Source: Lingula anatina
Taxonomy: Eukaryota > Animalia > Brachiopoda
Assembly (NCBI GenBank): GCA_051362555.1
Contig: CM120646.1
Span: 1,736,001-1,800,000 of the forward strand
Direction: 5' to 3'
Length of the DNA stretch: 64,000 nucleotides
Within the stretch, counting starts at the first letter, position 1, and every line of letters begins with the position of its first letter. A program made the translations under genes and the position numbers. The notes beneath the pieces were generated by a model. The model had not been told where the DNA came from. It did not search any database and saw only the letters and a program-made list of their open reading frames with translations. Shown piece after piece: positions 13,203 through 26,877 of the stretch.

Positions 13203-13403
13203 GACCCCATTCCCATAGATATTTAGATCGATCTATCCCCGTGGGGAGTCTCACTAGATTACTGTCAGCTTAGCCGGTTTAAATGTCTGTCCCGCTTACT
13301 AAAAGCTGTAAGGGGGTACAATAACTTCCGTGAGCGCTCGGCTGAACCCCAAGGGAGTTAGGTCGATCCAGATGGATCGATCTAAATCTGTGGTAATGCA
13401 GTC
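13203..13403. mobile_element. PIF/Harbinger-like MITE (family A)
   Basis: Imperfect TIR GACCCCATTCCCATAGAT..TAGATCGATC / GATCGATCTAAATCTGTGGTAATGCAGTC with TTA on both flanks. Related copies at 52766-53018 and 60473-60697; fragments near 5040, 24960 and 61130. Confidence 0.65.
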
Positions 13404-14431
13404 TTAGTCGAGCATTCTACAGTCGTGCTGAGGTAGGTTGCTTGATCTGGGCAATAGGAAAGTAATTGGTTAAATTTGCTGACAATGAGGGTACCGTCAT
13501 ACATCTTTCTCTTATTACCCCGAAAAAGTACGCGTACGTACAGTGTTGTGTGATAATGTTGGCATTTATTTCTGGGCAATGTCTCTGTTTCGTGAGCAAG
13601 TGGTTAGGTAGGAAACATGAAAAAAAGTACAGCACGAAACAACCAGTTAAAAATAGTTTTATTGAAAAAATATATACAAGGTGTCAACGACCTTAAATAC
13701 CTATAAATGACGATAAGGCTACATTCTCTGATGTATAGGGTAGTTTGCTTTAAGCGAAAATAAAGTAAACAAAAGCCTGAATTTCTCCTGATGTAGCCAA
13801 TGTTATTAGGTTACTTATTTCTGAAGAATACAAAGGTATTAAGCTGGTCAACATATCGATAACACATAGGGCTGGTTATGTCTTCAGAGTTTACCTCGTT
13901 TTACCTATTGATCTACCAGGAAATGCATACTTCTAATTGGGTACATATAGATGGCAGGCGGTTCTGAGTATAACTTCCAAAGTGCTGCAGATAATATCAC
14001 CAAAATCGGTGTAGTTATTAACAAAGTTATGAAGAACAATCATAGGCATAGAGCTTTGATGAAATCTTTTAACCCGGTGTAAGGCGCTTTTGTTTTCAGA
14101 AGTCCATTGAAAATTAGTGGAATTTCACGTTATTAATATTAAATAGTAGCTTCTATTAGCCGTTGGGATTCCTGCTATGAGGCCAGGTAATGGAGAACAC
14201 CAAAACCCGCTGACATGACGTCATCAGCAAAATGACCATGTTAGTATTTTGTCTGGAGTCACATGGAGTCCATTTATATTATATGACAATAATATAACTA
14301 TCAGTTTTGAGCAAATTCGTTTTATAGCCCCATTTCGGCGAACAGTGTATATAACCTTAACGTCTTTGATAATACCACTTGGCTATGTGCTTTTAATATC
14401 TTATTTGGTATTTTGTATAAACATATACATA

Positions 14432-16092
14432 CAGGGTTACCACTTAATATGGAATATTATTTTTTTGCGAGTAAATTTTCTACAAAATATTTAATTTCTC
14501 TCTAAGTACTTTAAATCCAAAGCTGAGGTGCCACTCCATGTGTAGCCAGGTGTGTTACCTAATTACCATACAACTCGCGAAACAATTGATGCATGCAGTG
14601 GCATGTTTTGTGGTCAGAAATGTGAGGGGTGGTCTTTTCGGCAATTTCTGCCCTTGTATAAAAACGCATGGGTTTGGTCAATCTTTGGAGTGTGTTTAGA
14701 GAAGCAACAAAGGGATCGCTCTGAAACGTGACAGGTACCTTAGTGAAAATATGGTTCAACAGCTAAGCAACGCAGCTTACTATGGGATTCTCGCTCTCAG
14801 AGAAAATGGCCAGAAACAGTCAGCCATTGCCAGGTAATTCAACATTTATCAGGAACCGTTTGTGAAGTCCTCTTAAGAAATGCTGCAACAGGGGCACCTA
14901 CTCCAATACCTCGACCAGGGTGTCCGCGTATCACACCAAGAAGACAGGGTCGCCTTCTCCTGAAAGTACGCCGTGCTGGTTGTACAAAGACAACCAGTGT
15001 CCTCAGAAAAGAGAGGCAGAATGTCATTCAAACGCCAGTTTCAAGGTCCCTAGTGAACAAGAGATTACTGCAAGCCGGTTATTTTGCACGAAGGCCAGTA
15101 GGGAAACCACTGTTAACAGCAGGCCATATACAGCGACGTCTGCAATGGGCTGGGGACGACGTGGGTTTGCAGCCAAAACTCTGGAATCACGTCGTTTTCA
15201 GTGATGAGGCCAGAGATGGATTTTTTAGGGTTGATCGTCGAATCCGTGTCCACCAACGTGTACGAGGGGCATAAAACGATGATTGGGTACTGCCTAGGAT
15301 GCAAGCAGGGGATGGTAACGTCTTTGTTTGGGGAGCATTTCATGTTGGTGCCCAGAACCAGTTGGTTTTTTCTAGGAGGCAACCTCATCCAGGATTCCTA
15401 CAGAGACATTCTACAGCAAACAATGCTTTGATTGGTAAGAGTCATCTTCAGGAACAACTTTGTGTACCAAGAGGACTGCGCAACCCCACATCGAGGCCGC
15501 AGAATCACTGTTTTTCTTCAAAACCAATGGGTTCAGCAACAGCCCTGGCCTGCAAACTCTCCAGATATGAACCCAATTGAAAATCTGTGGGCGGAAGTAA
15601 TTCACAGAATTAATAGCTATGGTCCTCGGCCGGTAAATGTTGATGAACTGCGACAGGCAAATGTCACTGCGTGGAATGATATCCCCACCCAAACTCTAAA
15701 AAACGTGTCACAGGGTATGCCATGTAGGATGAGGGCGCTGCAAGCGGCTGCTGGAGGTCATACCCGCAATTACTGACTTTTCATGATTTACTGTAGTGAG
15801 TTCTTTGACTGTGTAACATATCACTGTCCGGAGGCTATCATTTTCTTTAATATCTTATCTTAAGGTTTATACTGACATCAAACTGTTGATATGGTTTTCT
15901 GGGGGTGTTCCTTTCTTTTGACTGGCATCTTATGTCAGATTTGATATAATTGACCAAAATATCTCACAACAGAAGACTGGATGTTATTATCACTCAGTGA
16001 CATACTTTTTTAATGACTCAAGCCCAAAAAATTTTAATTAGCACTCAAAAATAACAATGATAAAAAATATTCCATATTAAGTAGCAACCCTG
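14432..16092 (+). mobile_element. Tc1/mariner DNA transposon (DD34E), full-length, degenerate
   Basis: TIRs CAGGGTTACCACTTAATATGGAATATT / AATATTCCATATTAAGTAGCAACCCTG with TA on both flanks; 1661 bp. Confidence 0.92.
14751..15776 (+). pseudogene. Tc1 transposase pseudogene
   Basis: Motifs KPLLT, VVFSDE, VWGAF, YQEDCATPH, WPANSPDMNPIENLW, GGHT. 34 residues lie between the second D and the E. Stops at ~14835, 15272 and 15429, plus frameshift(s). Confidence 0.9.
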
Positions 16093-17281
16093 TATATGTA
16101 CCTGCTCATATTTTGCCAAAAGATAATACAACATATTTAAACATTCATCAATCTCCGTGGAATTTCGTATATCAAAGATAAAAAAACACATGCAAATTGC
16201 TTTGTTCCAAGTCAAAGGATGCTTGGATTAAGATACGCTTTCATTGCCTATTAAGTTTTATTGCCTGTGAGCTTTTTTAAGAGTTTCCATTATCGCCAGT
16301 TCTTATTTTTAATCCTTAACTGATCGAATAATCTCTGGCAAATACATGGGATCAATTAACAGAATGTGACCGAGTAGTGTTAAGGGTATATTACTGCTGG
16401 AAAGGCAACTTTCTGATCAAATCAACCTGGGACCTACCAGTAGCTTTAACCGAACGTCACTGAAAGCGCACCAGCACTGGATTAGCTTCTGCCAGTGTGA
16501 ACCACTTCAGAAGAAGGCCTTTCCTAATGAATAATCCTCACCTTGTTGAAGGCATCGATTACATATTTGAGTTCTTTTAGTTTCATGTAGCGCATAGGTT
16601 TGTGATACCGTTTTGGGGTTTAACCTTTCGAGGTGTGAGCAGATCGTTTCCTTTTTCCATCAACAAGGATACTGGATTGACTTGAAAACGGAGGGATGTG
16701 GCTTGAGGTGTGAAGCAATAAACTGCTTCTAGCGCACTCAAACGCCCATCAAGAGACTTCAAGGTAGTATTTCATAGAGCAAATCAAAAAACGTGTTGAT
16801 TAATGAGAACGTCAGTGACATTGGCCAGGTTCTTTCGTGATGGACAACTACTAAAAAAAAAACACCTTTTGTGTACCAGAATTCCTCTTTATATCTCACC
16901 TTTAGTTAATCTCTTCCCGCTGTTACCTGTGACCTCTGTTAGTTGGCTTATTTTTTAGTCCGATGTAAGTAACAGTTGGCGCTTCGACAATATTTTGACA
17001 ACAACAAATACGTGAAATTGAAGTATGTTATTTAAGAACAGTCAACCATAAAATGATAATACAATATGTAAGCCTACTTTTTTTCCAAACAAACAGTGAA
17101 AAATATAACATTGAATGATTTTGTAACAGCTTCTTAACTTTAGCCGAGTCACGCTCTATCTTTGAGCACAATGTTAAATATATACAAAACTCGAGATATT
17201 AATCTTGCTGACTTTGTGGTTTAACGCCAAAAATCAGGGGTGTGACCAGCACAAGAAACAAAACATTCTTCGGCGGCAACA

Positions 17282-17578
17282 TCAAAGTGGATGTGCGCGT
17301 GACGTAGAAGCACGCGTGTGGTCATATGGTATTTCCATGACGTCAATATTTGTAACTTGTGCCGTTCCGCGTGTTGAAGCTTTTGTTTCTGTTTCTGTTT
17401 TTAAACTCGAAGCTGTGTCTTCCCTGTACGGAGACGCTATGGCCTGGATTGGAGGTGACCTCTTTGAAGAATTAAACTGGACAACGGGGGCGGCATGCGT
17501 CACAGTAGTGTTGTCCGATTGCTCTGCCGCGCCCACGTCTTCGTCGATCTTTATTAACAGTTTGAGACATGGGACTTG
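17282..17578 (-). CDS. Opsin shared exon 5 (end of helix 8, Ser/Thr-rich C-terminal tail, stop)
   Basis: Acceptor ttcactttgtag|CAA; phase 0 matches the exon 4 donor. QVPCLKLL...RAHPL*. Confidence 0.85.
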   Translation of the reverse strand, partial: QVPCLKLLIKIDEDVGAAEQSDNTTVTHAAPVVQFNSSKRSPPIQAIASPYREDTASSLKTETETKASTRGTAQVTNIDVMEIPYDHTRASTSRAHPL

Positions 17579-17734
17579 CTACAAAGTGAAAAAACATAAA
17601 ACGTGACATGAAAGCTTAAGAATAATTGAAAAGAAAGTTTTATTTAAGAGCTTTTAACACTATATGCTAACTTGACAGAAGCAGAATGAAAACGAAAAAG
17701 TACATGTATTTTGTGTTGAATTCTGTTGTTTCGA

Positions 17735-18215
17735 ATTGTTTGTTTGTTTGTTTTTCTCATTCTTATTAAGGTTTATGATTTTTTTTTTACTCTAACATTA
17801 TGGGCGACGACCATAAACCCATAAAATAAACCTTTGAATACAAATAGTTCTACACATCCGTATGCGGATTTATAGGAAACTACACAAGGATAAGGATCGA
17901 AGGAGGTAAGAGACATATATGAAAGAAATATGTCACTTTATGCCAAAAACGCCACCAAAATTTAAATATGATCGATTTCATTATTATATCTGCTGCATAC
18001 CATAAATTAAAACAATGCAGATTTTGTCATCAAATGTCTAACTATCATGATATTGAATTCCGTTGTTTTCTTTTTATTCTAATTCCTATCAAGGTTTCGC
18101 CCGTTATGTTGTTTGTTTGTTTGTTTGTTTGTTTGTTTGTTTACTCTAAAGTGGGCGACGGCCATAAGCCCATAAAATAAACCCTTGAATACAAATAATT
18201 TTCCACATATCCTGA
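17735..18215. repeat. Local direct duplication (~110 bp) in the last opsin intron
   Basis: (ttgt)n...tactctaa..tgggcgacg.ccataa.cccataaaataaac..ttgaatacaaata occurs at ~17735-17860 and ~18105-18215. Confidence 0.75.
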
Positions 18216-18253
18216 TTGACATCTATTTCCAATATACAAATTAACAAACTTAC

Positions 18254-18473
18254 GTTCACTGCTGCTCGACGAAACCGCTCGTTCATCGCTACGTAGATAA
18301 ACGGATTATACACTGTGGCGGATTTAGCCATCACCGACGGTAAAGCAGCTGCCATGTAGCTGATACTGCTGGCGTCGCCAAATGTTGATATTAAGGCAAC
18401 GGTGGCGTATGGCGTCCAGGCGATCAGAAACGCTGCCCAAACTACGATAGTCATTTTGGCCACTTTCTTCTCC
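18254..18473 (-). CDS. Opsin shared exon 4 (TM6-TM7, retinal-binding lysine)
   Basis: REKKVAKM..FLIAWTPYA..LPSVMAKSATVYNPFIY..NERFR. The K296 equivalent is at 18323-18325. Acceptor taatag|G, donor AAC|gtaagt. Confidence 0.95.
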
Positions 18474-18759
18474 CTATTAAGAAAATAAAACCTCTTCAAA
18501 AAAGATAGAAATCAGACAGAATACAATTACACCTGTTGAATTTATTCTAGAAATTATACATAAAAGAATGTATGTTGTTTACAACGTATTTATTGTGAAA
18601 TTTTTAATTTCATATAAACAGCTGTTATCCCTTTAATTTTAGTTTCCAATCACAACAAACAAAGAACATGGAGCTATCAACCTCGTGTCTGCAGTCTGCG
18701 CAGGCGTTAAAAGGCAAGTTTTAAATGTTGAAGGTTTCTGTTTAAACCAGTCAACCTAC

Positions 18760-19075
18760 CTACGTATGTTCTCCCTACCAGCAGAAGAATCCTGCTCGAT
18801 GGACGTCTGTCTGGCCATGCGTCTCACCTCCCGGTACAAATGATAGTAGCAGACCGCCATAATGACCACCGGAATGAAGAAACAGAATACAAACAGGGTG
18901 ATGATGTATGAGACGTCGATGGGGTCGCTGGATTGCCAGAGGACGCTGCACCAGGTGCCAGGTCCCTCTGTGGTGTAGGAGGACCACCCAAACACGGGGG
19001 GCAGCGCCCACAGAAGAGCGTAGAGCCATGCCCCGGCGGCGATCTGGATGGCTTTTCGAATATCCAAGCGCATGC
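18760..19075 (-). CDS. Opsin shared exon 3 (TM4-EL2-TM5-ICL3)
   Basis: AWLYALLWALPPVFGWSSYTTEGPGTWCSV (E181 and C187 equivalents), FFIPVVIMAVCY. Acceptor ccag|GC, donor AG|gtaggt. Confidence 0.95.
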
Positions 19076-20314
19076 CTGGAAACCATATAAAAAGTTTTTT
19101 CATTTTCGCACATACACTGTACATCGTCCTGGCCCATCTTGATGTGAATTGTTTTGTATTGTACTGTACAAATACATAGATTTTTCTGTATTTTGATGAG
19201 GAGAATTGAGGTAAACATCTCTAAAGGTCACTACCAAATCTAGTTTTGTACTATATTTCGTTTCTTTATCATGACACCTAAAAACTTCCACTCGACGGCC
19301 TCTCATTTCCTGTCAACACATAATAAGATCCAACGTGCAAACCTCTATTTAGTTTCGAGTTTCACGCCTAGGAATCCATTTTGACCTCGACTTTAGGTAA
19401 ACACAACCATATAAATGACAACGCAGTGCCGATTTATATATAGAAATAAATTGGAACCGTACAATTTTGGGAAACAGATTTGAAGCTTGGGTCCTTCTAA
19501 TGAATTAGATATACTGAGAGTCATATTTATTCATTATTAGTATTGGCACAATGGCATCGAAAGTAATAGGTTCAACAATATACCCCAGTGTAATTAGTGT
19601 TTATTTTTATATAGATATTTTCAGATTATTTGTTTCTTAAAAGCATGGAGCTTTTTTATTTCTCAGATTCAATAATAGCTGTTCACAAGTCATTTTTAAA
19701 GCCATGTCTGAAAAGGAGAATACCTGAATAGGAGAAACTTTCAAAAATGTTTTTGAAAAATATCATTCTGCTCAAATAATAAATTGTTGAAGTAATAACA
19801 AGAAGGTGGATTTTTCAATCTTCTCAAGTAATAAGAGGTCGGGGGAATTCAAATATATCGCCGCAGTTCATGATAACTTACGTCATATCCATAGATGTTT
19901 TTAATACGTTTCCATGATTGCCCTTATTCATAAGGACCTCTCCCACGATTCAATTCTTATTTTAATTGTCAACAAAGCGTCTAATGATACATGTCAGTCA
20001 GTTCCAAAAATCCCCCCTGTACGTAACAAAAGAGCAGTTATTAATACCCACCGCCTCCCGGGAGAGCTCATTAACGGACGGCATCAACTAGATGATGATC
20101 GTTTCCGGTGTCCTTCCTGCACGCCTTCAAGTTCGATTTGTGAGTAACGTATGTGATTTCGATGATACTCACAAGTTTGAGCGTACGAAACCACCCTGTT
20201 TCCAGCGTATTTTAATGAAGATATATGAAACCTATGAGACTATTTTTGAACATGCCTGAAATATTTTCTCCCTTAGGCTATGAGAAGGATCATCTAACGT
20301 TTGCATGTACGCAA

Positions 20315-20317
<3 letters not shown>

Positions 20318-20375
<58 letters not shown>
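20318..20375. repeat. (TA)n microsatellite
   Basis: Direct reading of the sequence. Confidence 0.95.
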
Positions 20376-20380
<5 letters not shown>

Positions 20381-21208
20381 TTAAGTCTAACGAAGCCGTT
20401 GCATTTGTCTGCCCACGAGTGCAATACTCTATAGGTGTAAAAGTGCCCTAACAGGTAGAGAGTTGTAAGGTTCCTTAGTTTAGCCTGTTGATATATCGCA
20501 AACCGAATTAAATTCGCTGTGGAGTCAGTCTCGTGTCTTTTCTGTTTCCTCACTTCTTTTTCTCACTTCTATTTCCTCCTCAATTTGAAACCTTATCATA
20601 AATGTGATCATGATGACTAACAAGCAGCTTAACTTTTAAAGATTTCAAATCTGGAATTGCGTTGTTAAAACTTTTGCTTATATTGTCTCTTGAGTCTTAA
20701 ATCTTGTAAAGCAGTGTGATCGAAAGGAAAGTACAAGATTTGATCAATACTCTCAGCTGATTTGTTTACCCGCCCACCCGAAGATACACTAGTTTCCGAT
20801 TTATAACCTAAGACAACGTGTGTCAGACGTAAGCGAGTTCAGAAATAACGTAAATTACGCTGTCCAAAATAACCCTTACAATTTATTACCGCACTATTAA
20901 TATTTTTCGCTTACTCAATACTATCAAACTGTCAGTTTATTCCATCAATACGCCCATTGCTACTCTACGTGATCTAAAGATATACCAATAACAGATTGAA
21001 TTTAAGTAATGAATTATTTTGCTTTCATTTCCTGAGTCGGAACTGTGAAACTGTATCGGTGTGTTGTATGAGAAATTCCGCCATGATACAGGGTTTGATC
21101 CCCATCGATTTGCACAGGTTAGTCCCGTCTTGATTTTGACCCATTTACGTCACGTTAACCTCAACCTGTATGAATCTAAAGGGGACAGACCCTCTGTCAA
21201 GGTATATA

Positions 21209-21491
21209 GGCCTACCGTCACACTTGGCGTATGGCACTAACGTATGAGAAAAATTCCACGTACGCAGACAAACGAAAGGGGGTTCTAGTTAGACTTACGT
21301 TCTAGGCAGACGTTGTTGTACGTTCACAGACCAGGATGAAGATAAAAAGTGTTTTGAGCATGTTCAAAAACATATACGCTGTTTGCATCTTCATTTTAAT
21401 ACACCGTAAACAGGGTGATTTCATGCGCTCAAAGGTGATATAACATACGATACTCACAAGTACCTCTTTACGCTATAGGTGTGACAGGGTC
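21209..21491. mobile_element. Harbinger-like MITE with a diverged inverted partner at ~20150-20450
   Basis: Ends CCGTCACAC / GTGTGACAGG. Internal segments (tttgagcatgttcaaaaa; gcagacaaa..ttagactta) are reverse-complementary to 20243-20260 and 20380-20412. Confidence 0.55.
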
Positions 21492-22069
21492 TTTCTTTAC
21501 ACAGGATCTCAAATCACACATGCCAAACAGTGTTGAAAAATTAAGCTCTACTGCAACATTCAGAATAACATCTATTATACAGTGCACATAAGCGTAAACT
21601 TTCGTGAATAGCATGCAATCCAGTATGGAGGGGTTTACATCATACTGAAATCGGTGTTGGGCTACTTATTGATTGATATCCTAGCTTGTCTTGGGATTGC
21701 CAATGATCAGTTAATTGCATTACTTTGTCATTCCAAGAATAAATTGTTTCCTGGCAGCGTAATAAATCTGTCTAAAAGACATACGGTTTCTCACCCGGTT
21801 TAGAATTGTCTTGTCTGCTTTCTGGGCCGGGGTAAAATATGCAATCATTGCAAGTGCAGGGGCCGACTGTCTTCCTGATTCCAAATTACTATGCGACTGT
21901 GGTGTTTTTTTTTTTTTTTTTTTTTTTTGAAAGATATTAATTTATTTATTCATTTACCTATATTTTCGCGTGTGTGCGTGTGTGTATGTTTTTATTATCT
22001 GATGTCAATTTCTCCCTTCTGTTGTTCCATTGTGGAGATATTTTTTAACTAAGTGAAGGCACAAACCTC

Positions 22070-22070
<1 letters not shown>

Positions 22071-22126
<56 letters not shown>

Positions 22127-22160
22127 CGTGTGTGTGCGTGTGTGTGTGTGTGTGTGTGCG
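22071..22160. repeat. (TC)n(TG)n compound microsatellite
   Basis: Direct reading of the sequence. Confidence 0.95.
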
Positions 22161-22300
22161 TATGTGTATGAGTGAGCGAGAGTGTTATATTTTAGTCACA
22201 CAGACCACGCTGAAAGCAGGATTGACATACCTTCAAACAGCCAGAGAGACAGACGCACAGACAGACAAAAAGAACGACAGACAGACAGAGCTAATCTTAC

Positions 22301-22398
22301 CTGATGTTGGTCTACATATAACAATATATCTGTCAATGGCGATGCAAGAAAGATTAGTGATTGACACCAATCCAAAGAAGTTGTTTGCAAAGCCGTAC
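22301..22398 (-). CDS. Opsin shared exon 2 (TM3, DRY); missed by the ORF track
   Basis: ttcttccgcag|G TAC GGC...= (W)YGFANNFFGLVSITNLSCIAIDRYIVICRPTS(G)|gtaaga; 98 nt. The phase-2 start completes the TG|G Trp codon of each first exon. This is the only copy I found in the window. Confidence 0.95.
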
Positions 22399-23152
22399 CT
22401 GCGGAAGAAAATATAAAAAATATAAATACCATAAGAACAAATGTAATCAGTATTGAAAGAAATGATTCGACATCAACTTTTTATCTTTGTTGTAAACTCA
22501 CTTCACAATGGACAGACAATATTCCTTAGTTTACTTTTTTACACAAATAGATCATTTTCGCTGTTTTAATTTTTTTCTTGTCACATTGTACAGCTACACT
22601 ACAAAACGGGGCAGAAAATTCTGAATTGCACGTATGACAATAAAAATAGAAGTTTATAAAGTGGATATTTAAACTGTTATTTTCTCAGCGGTTTTAAATT
22701 AAGATGTACAGTACCTTGATGATTAAAGGAAGATTATTGAACTTTCCAGGAAAATTAACCTGTTTGTTATATTAAAGGCCAACGCTCATGATATACCTTT
22801 GCCGACCCTCAATTTATATCAATTTCTGTGGTCGGCAAATAGGGGTTGGACATTTCAATTCAGGAAACAATTAAGATCAATCCAGTGGCTTAGCGCTTAA
22901 TGGCCGTAAAGTAATTTCCCAAATAATTTGGAAGCTTTCTAAGAGATCTCATTACGTGCAGTTTACATGGACTACTGTTGGTAAGAGTTTAAGGTCAATC
23001 GCGAAAATTCATTTATCTGCATTATGAGTTAAAACCTTTGGATATAGCATGGCCACATATCAAGGGATACAATCGTCAATCTGATTTAAAGTGGACCCGT
23101 TATAATGTGAGGCGGCAGAATGTATCAAGCCTATGCATTTCCACCACCATCG

Positions 23153-23185
<33 letters not shown>

Positions 23186-26100
23186 ATTTATTCCTTGACT
23201 CTCTACTGGGTCTTGTTTTTTGCGTGACCTTTAACTGGAAATTAGTTCTACGAGTACATTGATCCCAGACAAATCAGTAGAAATGTAATCAAATGCAATG
23301 TTGCGCTTGTTTTTAAACCAACAAGATATTATTTGCCCTTCAAACTAATACAACCAATATAAACTACATTAAAGTCGACTACTAAGAATTTAGCTTTAGC
23401 TGTAGTTGGTCAAATTTAAGTCTAAAAGTTGAGATCAAATTTCGGGCGAACGTTTTTCTTTTCTTTTTTTCTATTTATTTATTTATTTATTTATTCATTT
23501 ATTTATTTTGTAAAAATGGTTCCTGTTGTTAAAATGGGCAACAGCACCTGTCACCTTGAACAAAAAGACTTCGCCGCCATCAAAATATTGGAGAACAACA
23601 CTCTTTGAAGATGACTAAGTCAGAAAACTACTTCATGGCATAGTATAGTATAGGAACAGGGTGAATAAGACGACTAATGAGAATTTCTCTGATCGCAGAA
23701 ATTGACTTCGTTTAGGAGAGATCAGACAAGGCATCAGTGTGGCATTAAGATCCCATTATTATCCTATTATCAACAGCGGGAGATTAAATGCTGTGGCTAT
23801 CGGATTTTCTGCGATCTCGTAAACTGTGTGATAAATCAAAACACCTCCCGCTCTAGTATCTGTTTTCATATCAGTCATATTGTCTTCTTTTTTTATTAAA
23901 ATACCGCTTACCAACCAAGACTGAGAAAAGCGGAGATGTGAGCTAGTCTTACATCTTATGACCTTTATTTTTCATTGTACCAACTTCTTGCTCCAATCGC
24001 TTTTGTTGTTCCACATATTTTCTTAATAAATGTTAATTGCACTCATTAACCTACTTTATTGATAATATATATAGGTAGTTATATAGCATGAGGGATGTGT
24101 GATTATCCCCCGTTTTTGTGAAATTGTATTATATTCTTTTTCGTTATTAATAAATGACCATTTTCAGTCATATGGACCTATGTCTTATTTACCTTTGACT
24201 AAAACCAAAGCTTTATCGTGCTTGTGAACATTTGGCTACATAAATGGGCTTTTTTTCTCCCCTAATATTGACCCAACAATAGACATAATCCTCTGCAGTG
24301 GCGGTTGGGGTGGTTAACCTTGAACGAGGGTGCCTACTTTTTGGGGGACAACAATTTTTTTTGTAAGTCCATTATAAAAAGTATAAACTTTACATCATCT
24401 CTATATTCCAACAAAATATTCTTCATACAATATGCAACATGCAATACAGTATTCTGCATACATTAGACCGTGTAGATAATTAGGATACATAACATTGGAA
24501 AGCAGATGCCAAGAACGTTGTGCACAGAGTTAAAAAACTCTAATTTGCAATTGCTTAAGGAGTCAAAAAACTAATCATGCTGCACATCGAAAGACTTTTG
24601 TCCAATTTATGCGATATACAGAGTTGTAATTATCGTGGAGACGCCTAATGATGTGACGCAAAAATAGCATACATTTCATTTTCTCACGCACAAAGAAATA
24701 ATTAAAGAGGGTCAGCAATGGATCACCTAGATTTAAGGTACAATGATGACGACAGAACAAAATTATCTCTCCAAATATGTGCGTGTGTATGGATTTAATC
24801 TGCAAATTAGTGGATGTTTCTTGCTCGTCGAGTCTGAAAAATGCCTCAGACACAATTAACACGTTATCAATGAAATTCGGCGTTTTAGGCACACCCGTTT
24901 TGTTGGTATCCTACGTATGCATTAGCATATCTTGGACGGGGAGAGGCACTGATGATTAAGGCCTTAGATTTCATTCCCATCGGTCTACTTAGATCGATAA
25001 ACCTCTGCGGGGACTCTTGCTGAGCACAATCTGCTTAACTGAATGACACGTATACTCTTGTTTCCAACATACTCGTATATACCAACATACCAGCCATTCT
25101 GTATTCTCTAAAAGGAGCTAGTGTCTGTCCTATCTTCAAACGCAACAATCTGCGTCGAGATTTTTTTCGTAAAAGCATCCATTACCGCTGTCTTTGCAGG
25201 ACGGGTGTACATCAAAGGCTCTTAAACTTTTCTTCATATCCCTAAGTGGTTTCTTTCGTGCGTTTAACAGATTTTATTCTTATCTAGCCGTCCACAGAGA
25301 CATGGGGGAAATGAACCCCGTCATCCATTTGATGGGGACCTCAAAAGAGCAAAATGCCAATCCCGACAATGGACGTTTCAGTTTAGAATGTCTGAACGAT
25401 ATAAAGCCTACTTTCTGTGTAACAAACTCGATAAAAGGCAGCGAAGGACATGCGGTGTGCACATTTGTGAAGATACAGTGGATGTCACACACAGCTCGCA
25501 TAATTTCCTTAAAGCCTGTGATTTTTCACGGCACTTAGATAATTAACTTGTTTGCTCAAGACATTTGCCCTGATTGCGTTCTGTCTTTTCTGACTTGTAA
25601 AGCCATTACCATTACCATTACTACAGATGGTACTTCACTATCGGTTAACAAAGGGCATCTAGTGTTTGAATGACGTCAAGTGCATGGAGTGATCGTTTAC
25701 TAACTATTGTGCCTGTATTCAAATTTGGTCCTGAAGCTTTTATTTTTGTGAGATCAAATTAAGTGACATTGCGGGAAAAAAAAAGAAAGAGACACGAACC
25801 GGTACATGCCGAAAATGAATGAAGCGTCAGCGGTTCTAGGAACCTACGTTCACGGTAAAAAATGGTCGTGTTGAGTTTTGAAGCATGAAAACAATCTTAA
25901 GATTAAGTAACATGATAATAAAGAAGGAAAGTCCATAGCTTGCCCCCTTCAACCCGAAACAATAATTTCGATATTGTACACATCTTAAGCAAATATCACA
26001 AGAAGCAGCAAGGTGGAAAGTGTGTTTATCAGATGAAACGCTATTATAACGCTACCATAAAGTTTATATGACAGAAAACGTTATGGTAATGTTATAAAAC

Positions 26101-26775
26101 GTTCCGTGACTGCTGGGGTGGGACATATACTGTTAGTAGTATTTAATGGCAACACTTTGAAAACAGTTAACTTTCTAAAAATGTCCTTTATTTCGTTAAA
26201 TAAAGCTAACGCTGTGTCACTGTTCAAACAAAATTAGATAATAAGGGATTTTTTTGGGTGAATTGTAATTCACAAGCTAATGATTTATTGCTTGACTCAT
26301 TGCTGCATTTGAAAAAGACTTTTCTGTCAGCAGCAACAACAAAGCATGTTGTTTAAAGTTTGCAGAACAATTACACATAAAACATATGACCTTGGAGCAT
26401 TTTTATACGAAAATTATACTCTAAGCATATACATAGACATTTTGTCTAATTATTTCTTTGGAACATTGGATTAAAAAGTTCATCCTGGCAGAGTCTGGGT
26501 AAGCTTCTTAGATACCGTCAAACAGCTTTTCTCACATCCGGCATGATGTAAATCTACTGACAGATCTTCTCTAATTATCGCGCCAAGTTTGAACTGATCT
26601 CAGATTTGTTCACTACTTCCTGAGCTGTTATCCCATATACTACCAGAACAGGGTCGAATTATTCATAGCACTGCACATGGTGTAATGGGGCTATACGCGG
26701 AGCCGTTTGTCCTAAAGAGGGCGCTGGGGTAATAGTGGTTATTGAAGATAGCCTCGTTTTCGCGTCCGTGTAGAA

Positions 26776-26877
26776 ATGGCTTTAGAGTATGGGAAGCAAA
26801 CAGTGGCGAAGTTAAAACTTCAACTAGTTGAAAAAGGAGCCCCCACAAGAGGGAAGAAACAGGATTTGATAGAAAGG
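26776..26877 (+). pseudogene. SAP-domain first exon of the transposon's second gene
   Basis: TVAKLKLQLVEKGAPTRGKKQDLIER matches the SAP consensus and is followed by a donor (ag|gttagt). No intact continuation seen. Confidence 0.6.

Noticed and set aside
16540-16600. Minus-strand mini-ORF MRYMKLKELKYVIDAFNK ending at a gtgagg donor
   Set aside because: There is an in-frame stop just upstream, no recognisable homology and no partner exon.
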